Assembly (NCBI GenBank): GCA_964016885.1
Contig: OZ024747.1
Location: 32,798,001-32,862,000 of the forward strand
Length of the DNA stretch: 64,000 nucleotides
Direction of reading: 5' to 3'
Source: Eledone cirrhosa
Taxonomy: Eukaryota
Each line of letters starts with the position of its first letter. Position 1 is the stretch's first letter. Below are positions 12,201-26,095 of this stretch, in pieces. The notes under the pieces were generated by a model. It was given only the letters and a program-made list of their open reading frames with translations, was not told the DNA's origin and made no database searches. The position numbers and the translations under genes were made by a program.

Positions 12201-15200
12201 GGTTGTGGATGTATGGCAGTGTGTTTGGTGGTGGTGGTGGTGGAGGTGGTGGTGGGGGTGATCGTTTTGAAAGTATAGCCGTGTGTTTGGTGGTGGTGAC
12301 ATTGATGGATGTGGATGTATGGCGGTGTGTTTGGTGGTGAGGTTGATGGTTGTGTATATATGGCGGTGTGTTTGGTGGTGGTGGTGGTGAGCTTGAGGGT
12401 TGTGGATGTATGGCGTTGAGGTTGGTGGTGGTGGTGGTGATGGTGGTGGGATGATGGTTGTGGATGTATGGCAGTGTGTTTGGTGGTGGTGGTGGTGGTG
12501 GGGTGATGGTTGTGGATGTATGGCAGTGTGTTTGGTGGTGGTGGTGGTGGTGTGGTTGATGGTTGTGGATGTATGGCAGTGTGTTTGGAGGTTGTGCTGG
12601 TGGTGTTGGTGGTGAGGTTGATGGTTGTGGATGTATGGCGGTGTGTTTGGTGGTGGTGGTTGTGTTGGTGGTGGCGGTGATGGTTGTGGATGTATGGCGG
12701 TGTGTTTGCTGGTGGTGGGGTTTATGGTGTGGATGTATGGCAGTGTGTTTGGTGGCGGTGGTGGAGGTGGTGGTGGGGTGATGGTTGCGGATGTATGGCG
12801 GTGTGTTTGGTGGTGGTGGTGGTGGTGGTGGGGTGATGGTTGTGGATGTATGGCGGTGGCTTTGGTGGTTGTGGTGGTGAGGATGATGGTTTTGGATGCA
12901 TGGTAGTGTGTTTGGTGGTGGTGGTGGTGGTGGTGGTGAGTGTTGATGGTTGTAGATGCATTGCAGTATGTTTGGTGGTGGTGGTGGTGGTGGTGGGGTG
13001 ATGGTTGTGGATGTATGGCGGTGGCTTTGGTGGTGGTGGTAGTGAGGGTGATGGTTGTGGATGTATGGCAGTGTGTTTGGTGGTGGTGGTGGTGAGGTTG
13101 ATATTTGTGAATGTATGCTGGTGTGTTTGGTGGTGGTGGTGGTGAGGGTGATGGTTGTGGATGTATGGCGGTGTGTTTGGTGGTGGTGGCAGTGATGGTT
13201 GTGGATGTATGGCGGTGTGTTTGGTGGTGGTGAGGTTGATATTTGTGAATGTATGCTGGTGTGTTTGGTGGTGGTGGTGGTGAGGGTGATGGTTGTGGAT
13301 GTATGGCGGTGTGTTTGGTGGTGGTGGCAGTGATGGTTGTGGATGTATGGCGGTGTGTTTGCTGGTGGTGGGGGTGATGGTTGTGGATGTATGGCAGTGT
13401 GTTTGGTGGTGGTGGTGGTGGAGGTGGTGGTGGGGGTGATCGTTTTGAAAGTATAGCGGTGTGTTTGGTGGTGGTGATATTGATGGATGTGGATGTATGG
13501 CGGTGTGTTTGGTGGTGAGGTTGATGGTTGTGTATATATGGCGGTGTGTTTGGTGGTGGAGGTGGTGAGCTTGAGGGTTGTGGATGTATGGCGTTGAGGT
13601 TGGTGGTGGTGGTGGTGATGGTGGTGGGATGATGGTTGTGGATGTATGGCAGTGTGTTTGGTGGTGGTGGTGGTGGGGTGATGGTTGTGGATGTATGGCA
13701 GTGTGTTTGGTGGTGGTGGTGGTGGTGGGGTTGATGGTTGTGGATGTATGGCAGTGTGTTTGGAGGTGGTGGTGGTGAGGATGATGGTTTTGGATGTATG
13801 GTAGTGTGTTTGGTGGTGGTGGAGGTGGTGGTGAGTGTTGATGGTTGTAGATGCATTGCAGTATGTTTGGTGGTGGTGGTGGTGGTGAGGGTGATGGTTG
13901 TGGATGTATAGCGGTATGTTTGGTAGTGGTGGTGAGGTTGATGGTTGTGGATGTATGGCTGTGCGTTTGGTGGTGGTGGTGAGGTTGATGGTTGTGGATG
14001 TATGGCTGTGCGTTTGGTGGTGGTGGTGAGGTTGATGGTTGTGGATGCATGGCAGTATGTTTGGTGGTGGTTGTGGTGGTGAGATTGATTGTTGTGGATG
14101 TATTGCTGTGCGTTTGGTGGTGGTGGTGAGGTTGATGGTTGTGGATGCATGGCAGTATGTTTGGTGGTGGTGGTGGTGAGGGTGATGGTTGTGGATGTAT
14201 AGCAGTGTGTTTGGTGGTGGTGGTTGTGGTGGTGGCGGTGGTGTTTGTTGTTGATGCATGGCAGTATGTTTGGTGGTGGTGGTGGTGGTGAGGGTGATGG
14301 TGGTGGATGTATAGCGGTGTGTTTAGTAGTGGTGGTGAGGTTGATGGTTGTGGATGTATGGCTGTGCATTTGGTGGTGGTTGTGGTGGTGGTGGTGAGGG
14401 TGATGGTTGTGGATGTATGGCTGTGCGTTTGGTGGTGGTTGTGGTGGTGGTGGTGAGGTTGATGGTTGTGGATGTATGGCTGTGGTTTTGGTGGTGATGG
14501 TGGTGGTGGTTGTGGTGGTGGGGTGATGGCTGTGGATGTATGCGGTGTGTTTGGTGGTGGTGGTGGTGAGGGTGATGGTTGTGGATGTATGGCGGTGTGT
14601 TTGGTAGTGGTGGTGAGGTTGATGGTTGTGGATGTATGGCGGTGTGTTTGGTGGTGGTGGTGGTGAGGTTGATTGTTGTGGATGTATATTGTGGTGTGTT
14701 TGGTGGTGGTGGTGGTGCTGCTGGTGAGGTTGATAGTTGTGGATGTATGGTGGTGTGTTTGGTGGTGGTGGTGGTGAGGGTGATGGTTGTGGATGTATGG
14801 CGGTGTGTTTGGTGGTGGTGAGATTGATGGTTGTGGATGTATGGCGGTTATGGTGGTGGTGGGAGGTGGTGAGGTTGATGGTTGTGGATGTATGGCGGTG
14901 TGTTTGGTGGTGGTGGTGGTGGTGAGGTCGATGGTTGTGGATGTATGGCGGTGTGTTTGGTGGTGGTGGTGGTGGTGGTGTTTGTTGTGAATGTATGGGA
15001 ATGTGTTTGGTGGTGGTGGTGGTGATGGTGCGGGCGGTGGGGTGATGGTTGTTGACGTATGGCGGTGTGTGTGGTGGTGGTGGTGTTGGTGGTGGTGGGT
15101 GTGATGGTTGTTGATGTATGGTGGTGTGTTTGGTGGTGGGTGTGGTGGGGCTGATGATTATTGATGTATGGCGGTGTGCATAGTGGTGGTGGTGGTGGTG

Positions 15201-16135
15201 ATGGTAGTGAATCTATGGCGATGTGTTTGGTGGTGGTGGTGGTGGTGAGGGTGATGGTTGCTGATATATGGCCGTGTTTGGTGGTGGTGGGTTTGGTGGT
15301 GGAGGTGATGGTTGTTGATGTATGGTGGTGTGTTTAGTTGTGGTTGTGGTGAGGGTGATGCTTGTTGATGTATGGCGGTGTGTTTGGAGGTGGTGGTGGT
15401 TGTGGTGGTGATTGTTGTTGATGTATGGCGGTGTGTTTGGTGGTGGTGGTGGTGAGGTTGATGGTTGTGGATGAATGGCGGTGTGTTTGGTGGTGGTGGT
15501 GGTGGTGAGGTTGATGGTTGTAGATGTATGGCGGTGAGGTTGGTGGTGGTGGTGGTGAGGTTGATGGTTGTAGATGTATGGCGGTGTGTTTGGTGGTGGT
15601 GGTGGTGAGGTTGATGGTTGTGGATGTATGGCGGTGTGTTTGGTGGTGGTGGTGGTGAGGTTGATGTTTGTGGATGTATGGCGGTGTGCTTGGTGGTAGT
15701 GGTGCTAGTGAGGGTGATGGTGGTTGATATATGGCGGTGTGTTTGGTGGTGGTGGTGGTGAGGGTGATGGTTGAGGATGTATGGCGGTGTGTTTTGTGGT
15801 GGTGGTGGTAGTGAGGGTGATGGTGGTTGATATATGGCGGTGTGTTTGGTGGTGGTGGTGGTGAGGGTGATGGTTGAGGATGTATGGCGGTGTGTTTGGT
15901 GGTGGTGGTGGTGGTGGTAGTGAGGGTGATGGTGGTTGATATATGGCGGTGTGTTTGGTGGTGGTGAGGGTGATGGTTGTGGATGTATGACGGTGTGTTT
16001 GTTGGTGGTTGTGGTGGTGATGGTTGTGGACGTATGGTGATGTCTTTAGTGGTGTGGGTGAGGGTGATGGTTGTTGATGTATGGTGCATTGTTTGGTGGC
16101 GGTGGTGATGGTACGGGGGGAGGGGGGTGATGAAT
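9286..16135. repeat. GGT-rich minisatellite array, core GATGGTTGTGGATGTATGGCGGTGTGTTT + (GGT)n, ~40-60 bp units
   Basis: More than 100 tandem units. All three reverse frames give the same His/Pro/Thr low-complexity translation, typical of repeat-derived ORFs. Confidence 0.95.
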
Positions 16136-16442
16136 GTGACATGGCATTTACAGGATCGAATCTTACGATGGGTTACAGGTTAAAGTATGACAGAGAAAAC
16201 AATGGTACTGAAATGAGAAATGGTGTGATAAGGCATTAGTGATTATCCCTATGTCTAATCTCGAGTTTGATACCGATTTCAATTTGGTGATCTCGGCCAA
16301 CTTGGCCAGGCATAGCCTACTGTGGTTTCCGCCATTGTGGTGTTCGACCACACTTCTCGCACGCATTCTAGTATTGCCTTTTTTATGGGTGACGTAGTTT
16401 CTGTGCATGTGCATTCGTACGGTTGTCCTTCCTGTTCCTATA

Positions 16443-16500
16443 ACCATGCCCATTACGAGCTGAGGATCCGCTAAGGTGAAACAATTGTTCTCGGTATGGT
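16443..16500 (+). ncRNA. Type I hammerhead ribozyme motif
   Basis: ACCATGC-(CCATTA bulge)-CGAG-CTGAGGA-TCC-GCTAA-GGT-GAAAC-AATT-GTT-CTCG-GTATGGT: bulged stem I, CUGANGA/GAAA core, palindromic short stem III, NUH triplet GUU. Confidence 0.65.
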
Positions 16501-16522
16501 GAACTAACTGTTGTGTAACCAC

Positions 16523-17294
<772 letters not shown>

Positions 17295-17743
17295 TATATA
17301 TATGTGTGTGTGTGTGTATATATACTACCTGAATGACCCGATGTTTCCCAGGTTACTGTAATGATAATAGAATTCTGAAATGAAAATCTGTCAATCTTGA
17401 AGCACCTCAGGGTAAACAATATTCAATTTGCAATTTGTTGTTGGTGTCCAAGTGAATAAATTGTTGCTGCTTCCAACTCATGAACAACCAACATAGAGTT
17501 GCCCATTGGAGAAACATGTAGTAGAGTGATCAAGTCCAACTACCTTGAGGGATTGACTCTGAGATTTGTTAACTTAGTTTGACAGAAAACTGAAGCTTCT
17601 TAAATTCAAATCGAACAGCTGTAAGTATGAGAGGAATTTTCCAATATTGTAAACAAATAAGTATCAACATCCAAAAGAAATATATATTAATTATTATTTT
17701 TGTATGCATTGTAAATTAAATAAATATAAGCAAATGCTAATTT

Positions 17744-19838
17744 ATCATCATCATCATCATCATAATTTTACGTCCGCTTTTCCCTGTTTGCAAGGGTAGG
17801 ACAGGTCCTATTCAGCACAGCCTCTCTCCACTTGTCACAGTCCTATTGTCAACTCCTCCGTGAGATTCAGCGATCTGAGGTCTGCGCTCACCACCTCCGC
17901 CCATATTTTTCATACTCTTCCTCTACTGCATCTTCCTTCTACTGGGATTTCTTAGCACTTCTTTACCCAGCAGTCATCCTCTATGCTCATCACATGTCCA
18001 TACCATCACAGTCTTCTCTCCCGCACACTACAACTTATCCCTCTTATACACAGTTTCTCTCTCAACTCATCTATGCTTGGTCGTACATGCACATTGATAT
18101 TGCACATCCAATGGAGCATGTTTGATTTATTTCTCTCCAGCTGTCGCATACCCTCTGCAGTTGCTGCCCATGTCTCACTACCAAACAGCAGCGCGCATCT
18201 TTCACATGCATCATATAGCCAGCCTTTCGTACACAGGGAGAAAACCTTCTTTGTCAACAGAGGAAGCAGCTCCCTAAACTTCTTCCAAGCCGTCCTTATT
18301 CTAGATACTATGGCCTTGGAACACCCCCTTCCATGCTAATCTGATCACCTAGGTACTGCAAGCTATTAACCACTTCCATAGAACCCACCTGCATTTGAAA
18401 AATGTGTCTATCACTGCAACTTCTACTGTCAAATTTCCCTGTACATCTACTGCATATGTAGTTTTCCCTACCAGTTAGTTTGCCTGCTATCCCACTACAT
18501 CTCCTGTGTACCCAAGATCTGCATTGAGTACATCTTATAGAATTTATGCCAGTTCCTTTCTACATATCCAACATGGCCATTACCCTGATGGAATCAGAGT
18601 TTTGTCCTCTTTCCTACTCATCAACACTTTTGTCTTAGCTATGTTCACTCTCAGTCCTCTTGATTCCAACTGCTATTTCGATAGCCAGAATTTATTCTCT
18701 AGTTCCTCTACTGATTCTGCTATAAGAACCAAATCGTTCCCATGTGCAGCCAGTCTTAAACTCCTCTGTTATGGCATGGAAGACTATAATGAACAAGAGC
18801 GGGCTGATGACTGAACCCTAATGAACGCCTACCTGTATCTGGAATTCCTCACTAAACACCATTCCTACTCTCACTTTACTGACATCACCTCTGTACATAG
18901 CTTGCACCATCCTCACAAGCCAATGCTCGACACCTAGTTTCCTTAGGGACCACCAGATGACAGATCGGGGTAAGCTATCAAAGACCTTCTCTAGGTCAAC
19001 AAAGGCTAAGTAAAGTGGCTTATTCTTCTCTAAGAACCTCTCTTGTAGTTGTCTCACTAAGAAGAGGGCATCTGATGTACTTTTCCCAGGCACAAAACCA
19101 AACTGAATCTCATCTAATTTGACCCTTTCTCTAATTAGATGCACTAATAGTCTTTCTGCCACTTTTATAACCTGATCCATCAGTTTTATGCCCCTATAAT
19201 TGCTCCTCCCCAGAGCATCCCCTTTACCTTTGTAGCAATTTATGAGAATACTGCTGCACCAGTCTTTAGGTATGACACCGCCATATATAGCTTGATTGAC
19301 GATGCGTTCAAGCAGTTTAGTGCCTACGTCTCCTGATCACTTCAGCATCTCAGCAACTATCCCCGGCGGTCAAGCAGCCTTACCATTTTTCATTTCCTTA
19401 ATTGCCTCTTGGACCCTATATTCGTCAATCTCAATAGCTGGTCCCTCTGTGGGGTCTACTGGGGGTAATTTCTCTCTCTCCCATTCGTTCTCTACATTCA
19501 TCAGTCTCTCATAATGACATTGCCAGGCCTCCTATTTTTGATAAGTCGTAACACTAAGTACACCGGCATCATTCCGGACACACCTATCTCCAACAACATC
19601 CTGATTTGCATTGACACTGCCTTGCAATGTGGAACACGGCACGCCTCTGATCTTCCCTGCGTGCTAAGTACATCTGATGTCTTGCTTCTCTCTTAGCGGC
19701 TGTGTATCCATCTCTAATCTCGCCATTTTTCCAAGCATTCCACGCTAGTCTTTTATCTCTATTGGCCCTATCTACCATGCTGTTCCACCACCAGGTCACT
19801 CTCTGTCTAGTCAGAGCTTTGCTCCAGCCACAAATTTA
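17744..19838 (-). mobile_element. 5'-truncated, frameshifted RTE-clade LINE (family B)
   Basis: ORF pieces QFGFVPGKSTSDALF, AFVDLEKVFDS, GSETWA..MLHWMC; (GAT)n tail at 17744-17764. Confidence 0.9.
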
Positions 19839-20490
19839 ACGGTATGGGAATATAAATATAAACGAACAGGATCACATACACTCACACACAGACATACATT
19901 CATACAAACACAAACAGAATTTCACCCATGAAAAACACACATCCACTCACACAAACTTATAACAAACACACACAGGCATACATTCATACAACATACATAG
20001 TCTCACCCCCAGCGTTTAAGTCAGTGTCACAGAAAGGTATATATATTCACACACACATACACTCTTACATACACCACACACATATACTTGTCAGTGATCA
20101 TATGTGTAGATGTGTGTGTGTGTTTAATTCTTTGAGTATCTGATTAAATATTTACGTGAAGATGTATGTGCATGTAACTGACTAAGGCCTAATGTACGTA
20201 ACAAACGCGTAAACACACACACTCACAAACACATACACACTCATATACAAAATGTGACGTCATTGTCATTGTGATAGTCTAATAAAATGTCCATTTAATA
20301 TAGTTGACTATAGAAAGATTATTTTAGATAAAATGTTATATTGTTTTAATCCAAATGAAAATATAAATTACATGTTGTTAACCCCAGGGTTAACCTTGTA
20401 AAATTTGAGTTGATTTGGTTGAGCAATTTGAGAATGCATAAGGAAAAGAACAGTCAGAGAGACAAATAATTTTGTATATATAGATATATA

Positions 20491-20652
20491 TATGTGGTTG
20501 GTGTTAGGAGGGGCATCCAGCTGTAAAAAACCTGCCAGAGACACTTCTGTGCAAGCGAGACTCAGTCTCCTGTCCATTCCCGCATCAAATGGAACAACAA
20601 CGTCTAACCCATGCTAGCGTGGAAGATGGACATTAAACGATGGTGATGATAT
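20491..20652 (+). mobile_element. SINE/RTE 3' tail fragment
   Basis: GGTTGGTGTTAGGAGGGCATCCAGCTGTA...GTCTAACCCATGCTAGCGTGGAAG..GATGAT resembles 43410-43590. Confidence 0.65.
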
Positions 20653-20969
20653 AAATGTTCATGTTATTTTTACTCTGGAGTTTTGCTTGTTTATCACAGG
20701 GTCACAAGGTTATTACAGGGTCATAACCTTAGTAAAATGAATATCAAAATTCTACTTTGGTATTGAGTACTTTTTTCAATCAGTTATCAACCACATATGG
20801 ATATATATATATATATATATATCCGTATGTGGTTGATAACTGATTGAAAAAGTACTCAATACCAAAGTAGAATTTTGATATTCATTTTACTAAGGTTATG
20901 ACCCTGTAATAACCTTGTGACCCTGTGATAAACAAGCAAAACTCCAGAGTAAAAATAACATGAGCATTT
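20653..20969. repeat. 317-bp near-perfect palindrome centred on (AT)n
   Basis: The two arms are reverse complements with 2 substitutions and a 1-nt indel; the centre is ~(AT)12. Confidence 0.95.
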
Positions 20970-21098
20970 CAATTAACACTTAACATTTAATATTCTACCA
21001 TACTATTTCATTATAATACCATTATAAATTTTAAAGGATTGTAAATAAAACGAGTAAATCAGACAAAGTTGGAATTCCTTTTATTAATATATATATAT

Positions 21099-21392
21099 TG
21101 GATTATGTCGATCGATTGGTTATTGACTAGGCAATACCCGCTGATGAAGCCGCATAAACCGATTGTGCATTGTTGTATAATATATGCAGACAGATGGTGC
21201 AGTGCACCTTACTGCTGCATTAGTGTGGCAGAAACTCGAGTCCGGGAACCTTATAGGCACCTGTATTACGTGTGTTGTGTTGAGGCAAATAACTATGTGT
21301 ATACTCTGGTAATGTATCTTACATTGCCCATTGAGTGCGCTGAGATACAACCGGTACTGGCATTGATAAATATGCTGGGTCCGTCAACCCTT
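21099..21392 (+). mobile_element. Hammerhead-bearing non-coding insert flanked by (TA)n on both sides
   Basis: CpG-containing island between TA tracts; contains a hammerhead and shares motifs with 4606-5365. Confidence 0.6.
21137..21246 (+). ncRNA. Type I hammerhead ribozyme with extended branched stem II
   Basis: CCCG-CTGATGA-A-GCCGCA-[~70 nt]-TGTGGC-A-GAAAC-TCGA-GTC-CGGG: stem I CCCG/CGGG, intact core, palindromic stem III ACTCGAGT, GUC cleavage triplet ending at 21242. Confidence 0.75.
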
Positions 21393-21394
21393 AT

Positions 21395-21450
<56 letters not shown>

Positions 21451-21613
21451 TCCAGCCTCCTGTTATTTCATTTATAATAATTAACTCCGTATTAGCACCA
21501 CCAACTACACAAATGAAGATGGGTGAACTGCACTACATTGAGTACTCTACATAATATTACATCAAGATTGACCATACGGAATGACCAATTTTATCCAGTG
21601 GTGAACCAACAAA

Positions 21614-21706
<93 letters not shown>

Positions 21707-22249
21707 ATATATTTTTTAAAGTCGTTTCGAGCCCAAAGGCTCATCAGGCTGGTGCTTATCTCTTTTTCCGTGATGTGAAGCAACTGAGATTACAAGACAA
21801 CCCCCTGGACAGGACGGTAGTCCATTGCCGGGTTAACCACCCAGCTATCACTGGATCTTCTGCTGTCTGGTTTTGCCCATAAAATCTGTCCAGCAATTAT
21901 TTCCCAAGACATTCTAACCACATGTCTGTAATATCGAAGCTGTGGTCTCTCAATTCAGAGAAGTAGCAGCTCTATCTACCTGGAGTGACTCTCTGATTTC
22001 CATGCTATGCACTTTCCATCTCTAAAGATAATTTATCTAATTTTCTCAACTATTGTCTATAATTATCGACTGTTATTACAGTTATTTTCTGCATTTGGGT
22101 CTCGTATCTTTCAAATTGCAAACACTCTCTGTTCTTCAATAATCCATAACATTTCTTTTACAGTATTAGGTATTTTAAAACGTTGAAAACTAATTTTGAA
22201 CACCATTCTACTGAGCCTGCATCTATTTCGACATGTTATAAAGAAAAAA

Positions 22250-23000
22250 TCCTGAATTAGATGCTGGCAATGATGAGAAAATTGTTGCAAAAAAAGTGGC
22301 TGTTGTCATAAAATTACTGAAAAGGTCATAAAGTTTTTATTAGAAAATGTTGTTTGAAATGTAATGCATGAAAATACTTCAGGTATCTTAAACAGTTTAT
22401 TATAAAGCAATGTTTCAATTTGAAGACAAATTGATGAGATGTCTGTGAATATTGAAGATCAACTACTTGATAGATTGAAAACAGCTAATTTTGCAGTTTT
22501 AGATTGATGAGTTCACAGTTGTCAATAACCAGATCTGTCTCCTAAACTTTATTTTAATGCTGGTGGTTAAATTGAAAGAAAATATATTATTTGTAAAATA
22601 TCTAAAAACTGACACAAGTGAGAAATCTATTGTTATTGCTATTAGATTATGGTATGATAAAACAAAAGTTCAGTTAGAAAATTTGATATCGATCACAACT
22701 ATCTCAATAGCCAGAAGGCATAAAGGCCTTGTAGTGCATTTGAAAAAATATGTATCCTGGAATCAAACTTGAGTTCAGTTCTACATTATTCATTTTTACA
22801 GTTATGAAAACTATCCATAAAATCGCATCACAAATATGATCACCTATACAAAAAGCTTGATTTTTTATCAAAACGAATAGTATGTAAAATTTTGTTTAAA
22901 AGAAGTAGTCAGATGGTTCTCCAAAAGAGACTGTTTAGCAAGATTCACAAATCTTCTTTATGCTATAGTTAACTTTATAGATAGAAAAATCTAGATCATT
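22250..23000 (+). pseudogene. Highly decayed hAT (Buster/SPIN-like) transposase fossil
   Basis: Translations NIEDQLLDRLKTANF..IDEFTVVNN and LKENILFVKYLKTDT..LENLISITT parallel the transposase at 52274-52807. Confidence 0.6.
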
Positions 23001-25331
23001 GCCAAGGGTGTTGACCTCTAATAGGTGGATTATTTAACTATAAAAAATCAGAGTTTTATCAAAATTTTCATAATTATATAAAACGCATTTTTAGGTGGTG
23101 AATTAGCAGAGACATAAAAACATTGGATAGAATGCTTCAGGCTATTCGTTCCAGCTCTCTGCCCTTTGAGTTCAAATCCTGCTGAAGTCAACTTTGCCAT
23201 TCATTTATTCAAGATCGATAAAAATAAGTTCTAGTCTAGTACTGGGGTCAATTCTTCCTCTATATCTCTTTCTCATTCATTTCCAATACACTCTCTATCC
23301 TGGAAGAAATCTGCTATGTTCAGACCTGGAGAGAGATGAGCTCTGCCAGGATTACAAAATACCTTAGAAACACTGTATGCCACTACAACACCCCTGTGAC
23401 TACTTCAGGAATTATGGGATCATACCATACATAAAATGTATAATACTTTATTGTGATCATGTATGGTCAGAGTCAGTTGTGTCAAGAGATCAATCAGTTC
23501 ATCAGCTCACCAAACTGTACTTTGAAAATATTTTAGGGCTAGCGTAAGGTATTGAAGATCCAGATTCTAGTTAGATAAATTTAGTTATGGTGTTTATTTA
23601 AGTGAAGAAGAAATTCCAGAAGAATTAACTGACTTGTTTTAGGAAAGACTGAATTCTGGCCATCAAAGACCTGAAAAACACTATATTCAATATTATGGAA
23701 CAAAATGGCCGAAATAATGATCTGCTTTCTATCATTATATAGTGTTAAAACTGGATTTCAGTGAATAAATTAGTAAATAAATAAAGTTCTATACTGGATA
23801 TATGCATAAGTTCAGAAATGTTGAACCAAACATCACATATTTAGTAGAAATACACTAACCTCATTCAACAAAATAGTAAGTGCCAATGGTTTTTATTTTG
23901 TATTTAAACATTTTTTTTTTTGTTTACCATTATTCAAGGGAGCAGTGATTAAAAAAAAAACAATGATTTTGGCAGTGACCTTATCAACACCCTTCCTTTA
24001 TCTATATTTTATTTCTGATATAAACCTATAAATGAAACTCTTCAGGACTAAAAATGTTTCATGGGAGTAATCAATGCAGAGGGAGATGAAGAGAGGTTAT
24101 AGAGATATTTTACATATCTATATATGCATAAAGGGAAGGAGAGAGAGAAAGTGATAGAGAGTATTTAATAAATTGAATAATGCTCTAGCTTGTACATTAT
24201 CATGCCGAATATCCTGAGAATTATGCTAAGGCTACAAATGTCTATGAAATTCTCAGCCACTTGCATTACAATTACATGAGTTGGAAGTTCTTCTGGTTAA
24301 ACTGCTCGAACAATCATCATTGAAACTGATGGAAATCCATTTGTTTCACCCACAAACACAAACACACACACACATACACACACATACACACACATATATA
24401 AGATTAAAAGAAGCTGTGATAATGCAAATTCCTCTCAAAATAAATTGCATATATTTTTTTCTAACAATAATTTAGAGATTAAAGATTTTTATCCATGATA
24501 TAGCAGGAGATTTGAATAGAATTGGAAGGAGTTTTCTATTCATTCTGTTGGAAATGGACCATATGCAACAAACACAAAAATATTCAGGAGAATTTGTATC
24601 AACATATTCACAGTCCAGAATATATTGATAAGAAAACAGCTCCATCTTATTCTATAAAGATATGGATTGATACATCACCAATAGTTAGTAAATTACAAAT
24701 ATATGGCTACTCTGGTTTTATGTTTTAAGACATCATTTCTGTCTGTGTTGTTGCTATCTGTAACTTGTGAAATCCAATTATTTTCTTTCAACATCGCAAT
24801 AAGATATGTGTAATTTAATTTGCAATTTGAGAAATGTGTATGAAGTATTTTGAATAAAAGAAGCCACAACACTGAAAATATATTTTTAAATGATAGTTAT
24901 TTTTCTCCTCATGTACTTCAAACTAAACAGTTACTATTCATGGTGAAACAGGAGGTTGTAATAGATTTCAAATGTGGATTTATATTCATTTCATTTGGGA
25001 CTGACCACGTGCAACATAACTGCATTTAAGAGAAGTTAGATATCAATGTATGGGTGTGAAATGTGAAGTATGAAGACCAGCTAAAAGAACCAATTAGATG
25101 ATTTTGACACAAAATGCTTAGCATCAGGGGGCATGACTTCTTCACCAACAAAGAAGCCCATCAACAAACCCACCAGCAATATATTTAACATCATGTGCAA
25201 ACATCAACTTGGCTGGTTGGGACATATTACATGACTCACAAGTGAGAGACATGCTAATCAAAGAGGCAAAAAGGACATCCTAAGACGAACTGACAGCAGA
25301 CAATCGACTGAGATCTGAAACCTGCCACCAA

Positions 25332-25529
25332 AAGTTGGAATGATGTATTCATAGATGCAACTGACTGTTGTCATTAGAGCAATTTGGCTACCTCATGTGT
25401 CTCAAGACATTGGAGCTTCTCAGTCTAAGTAAGTTGGAATGATGTATTCATAGATGCAATTGACCTTGGTCTCTGGAACACTTTGGCTATCTCATGTGTC
25501 TGAAGACGTAGGAGCTTCTAAGTCAAAGT
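25332..25529 (+). repeat. Tandem duplication of ~99 bp, probably an RTE-like 3' end
   Basis: AAGTTGGAATGATGTATTCATAGATGCAA...GGAGCTTCT occurs twice; upstream LGWLGHI-like motif. Confidence 0.6.
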
Positions 25530-25807
25530 CTTAGATATTAACCTCTTTGCAGACCAAAACATTTTTGTTGTGAAAGGTCTTCTCTGGTAGATGCTAATCA
25601 AGTGTTTGTTTTGTTTTGGAGGCCCAAGTCTACATTGATTAAGGGTTCAAATAACATACTAGTAGTTAGCAGCATAATGGGAGATAGCTCTGCCTAGTTG
25701 AAATGTTTAATTGTATGATGCATGTGTGTATCGACCCATAACACCTGATGGAGTCACATTTTGAACCTGGTAGATCCCATCCTATCTCCATATTAGGACA
25801 TTCCAAA

Positions 25808-26095
25808 TAATTGTTTCTACTTTTGGCACAGTGCATTACTGGTACTTTATTTTATTGACCCCATAAGGATGAAAGGCAAAGTGAACCTTGGCGGGATTTG
25901 AACTCAGATCATAAAGGGGTGTAACTTTAGGCTTCAAAGCATGGTATCCACCTTTCCAGATAATGAGTGAAAGGCTGTGACAAAGAGATATATATAAAGA
26001 ACTGACTCCAGTATTGGACTGGCACTTTTTTATCAACCTCAAAATGATGAAAGGCAAAGTTGACCTTGGGAGGATTCAAACTCAATATAAAGAAC
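25808..26095 (-). mobile_element. Two SINE fragments
   Basis: GATGAAAGGCAAAGT..ACCTTGG..GGATT.AACTCA occurs twice. Confidence 0.65.

Noticed and set aside
9031-16142. Long His/Pro/Thr-rich ORFs (up to 1298 aa) resembling extensin or mucin
   Set aside because: All three minus frames give the same low-complexity text because (ACC)n length shifts the frame; there is no signal peptide or unique domain, so this is a repeat artefact.
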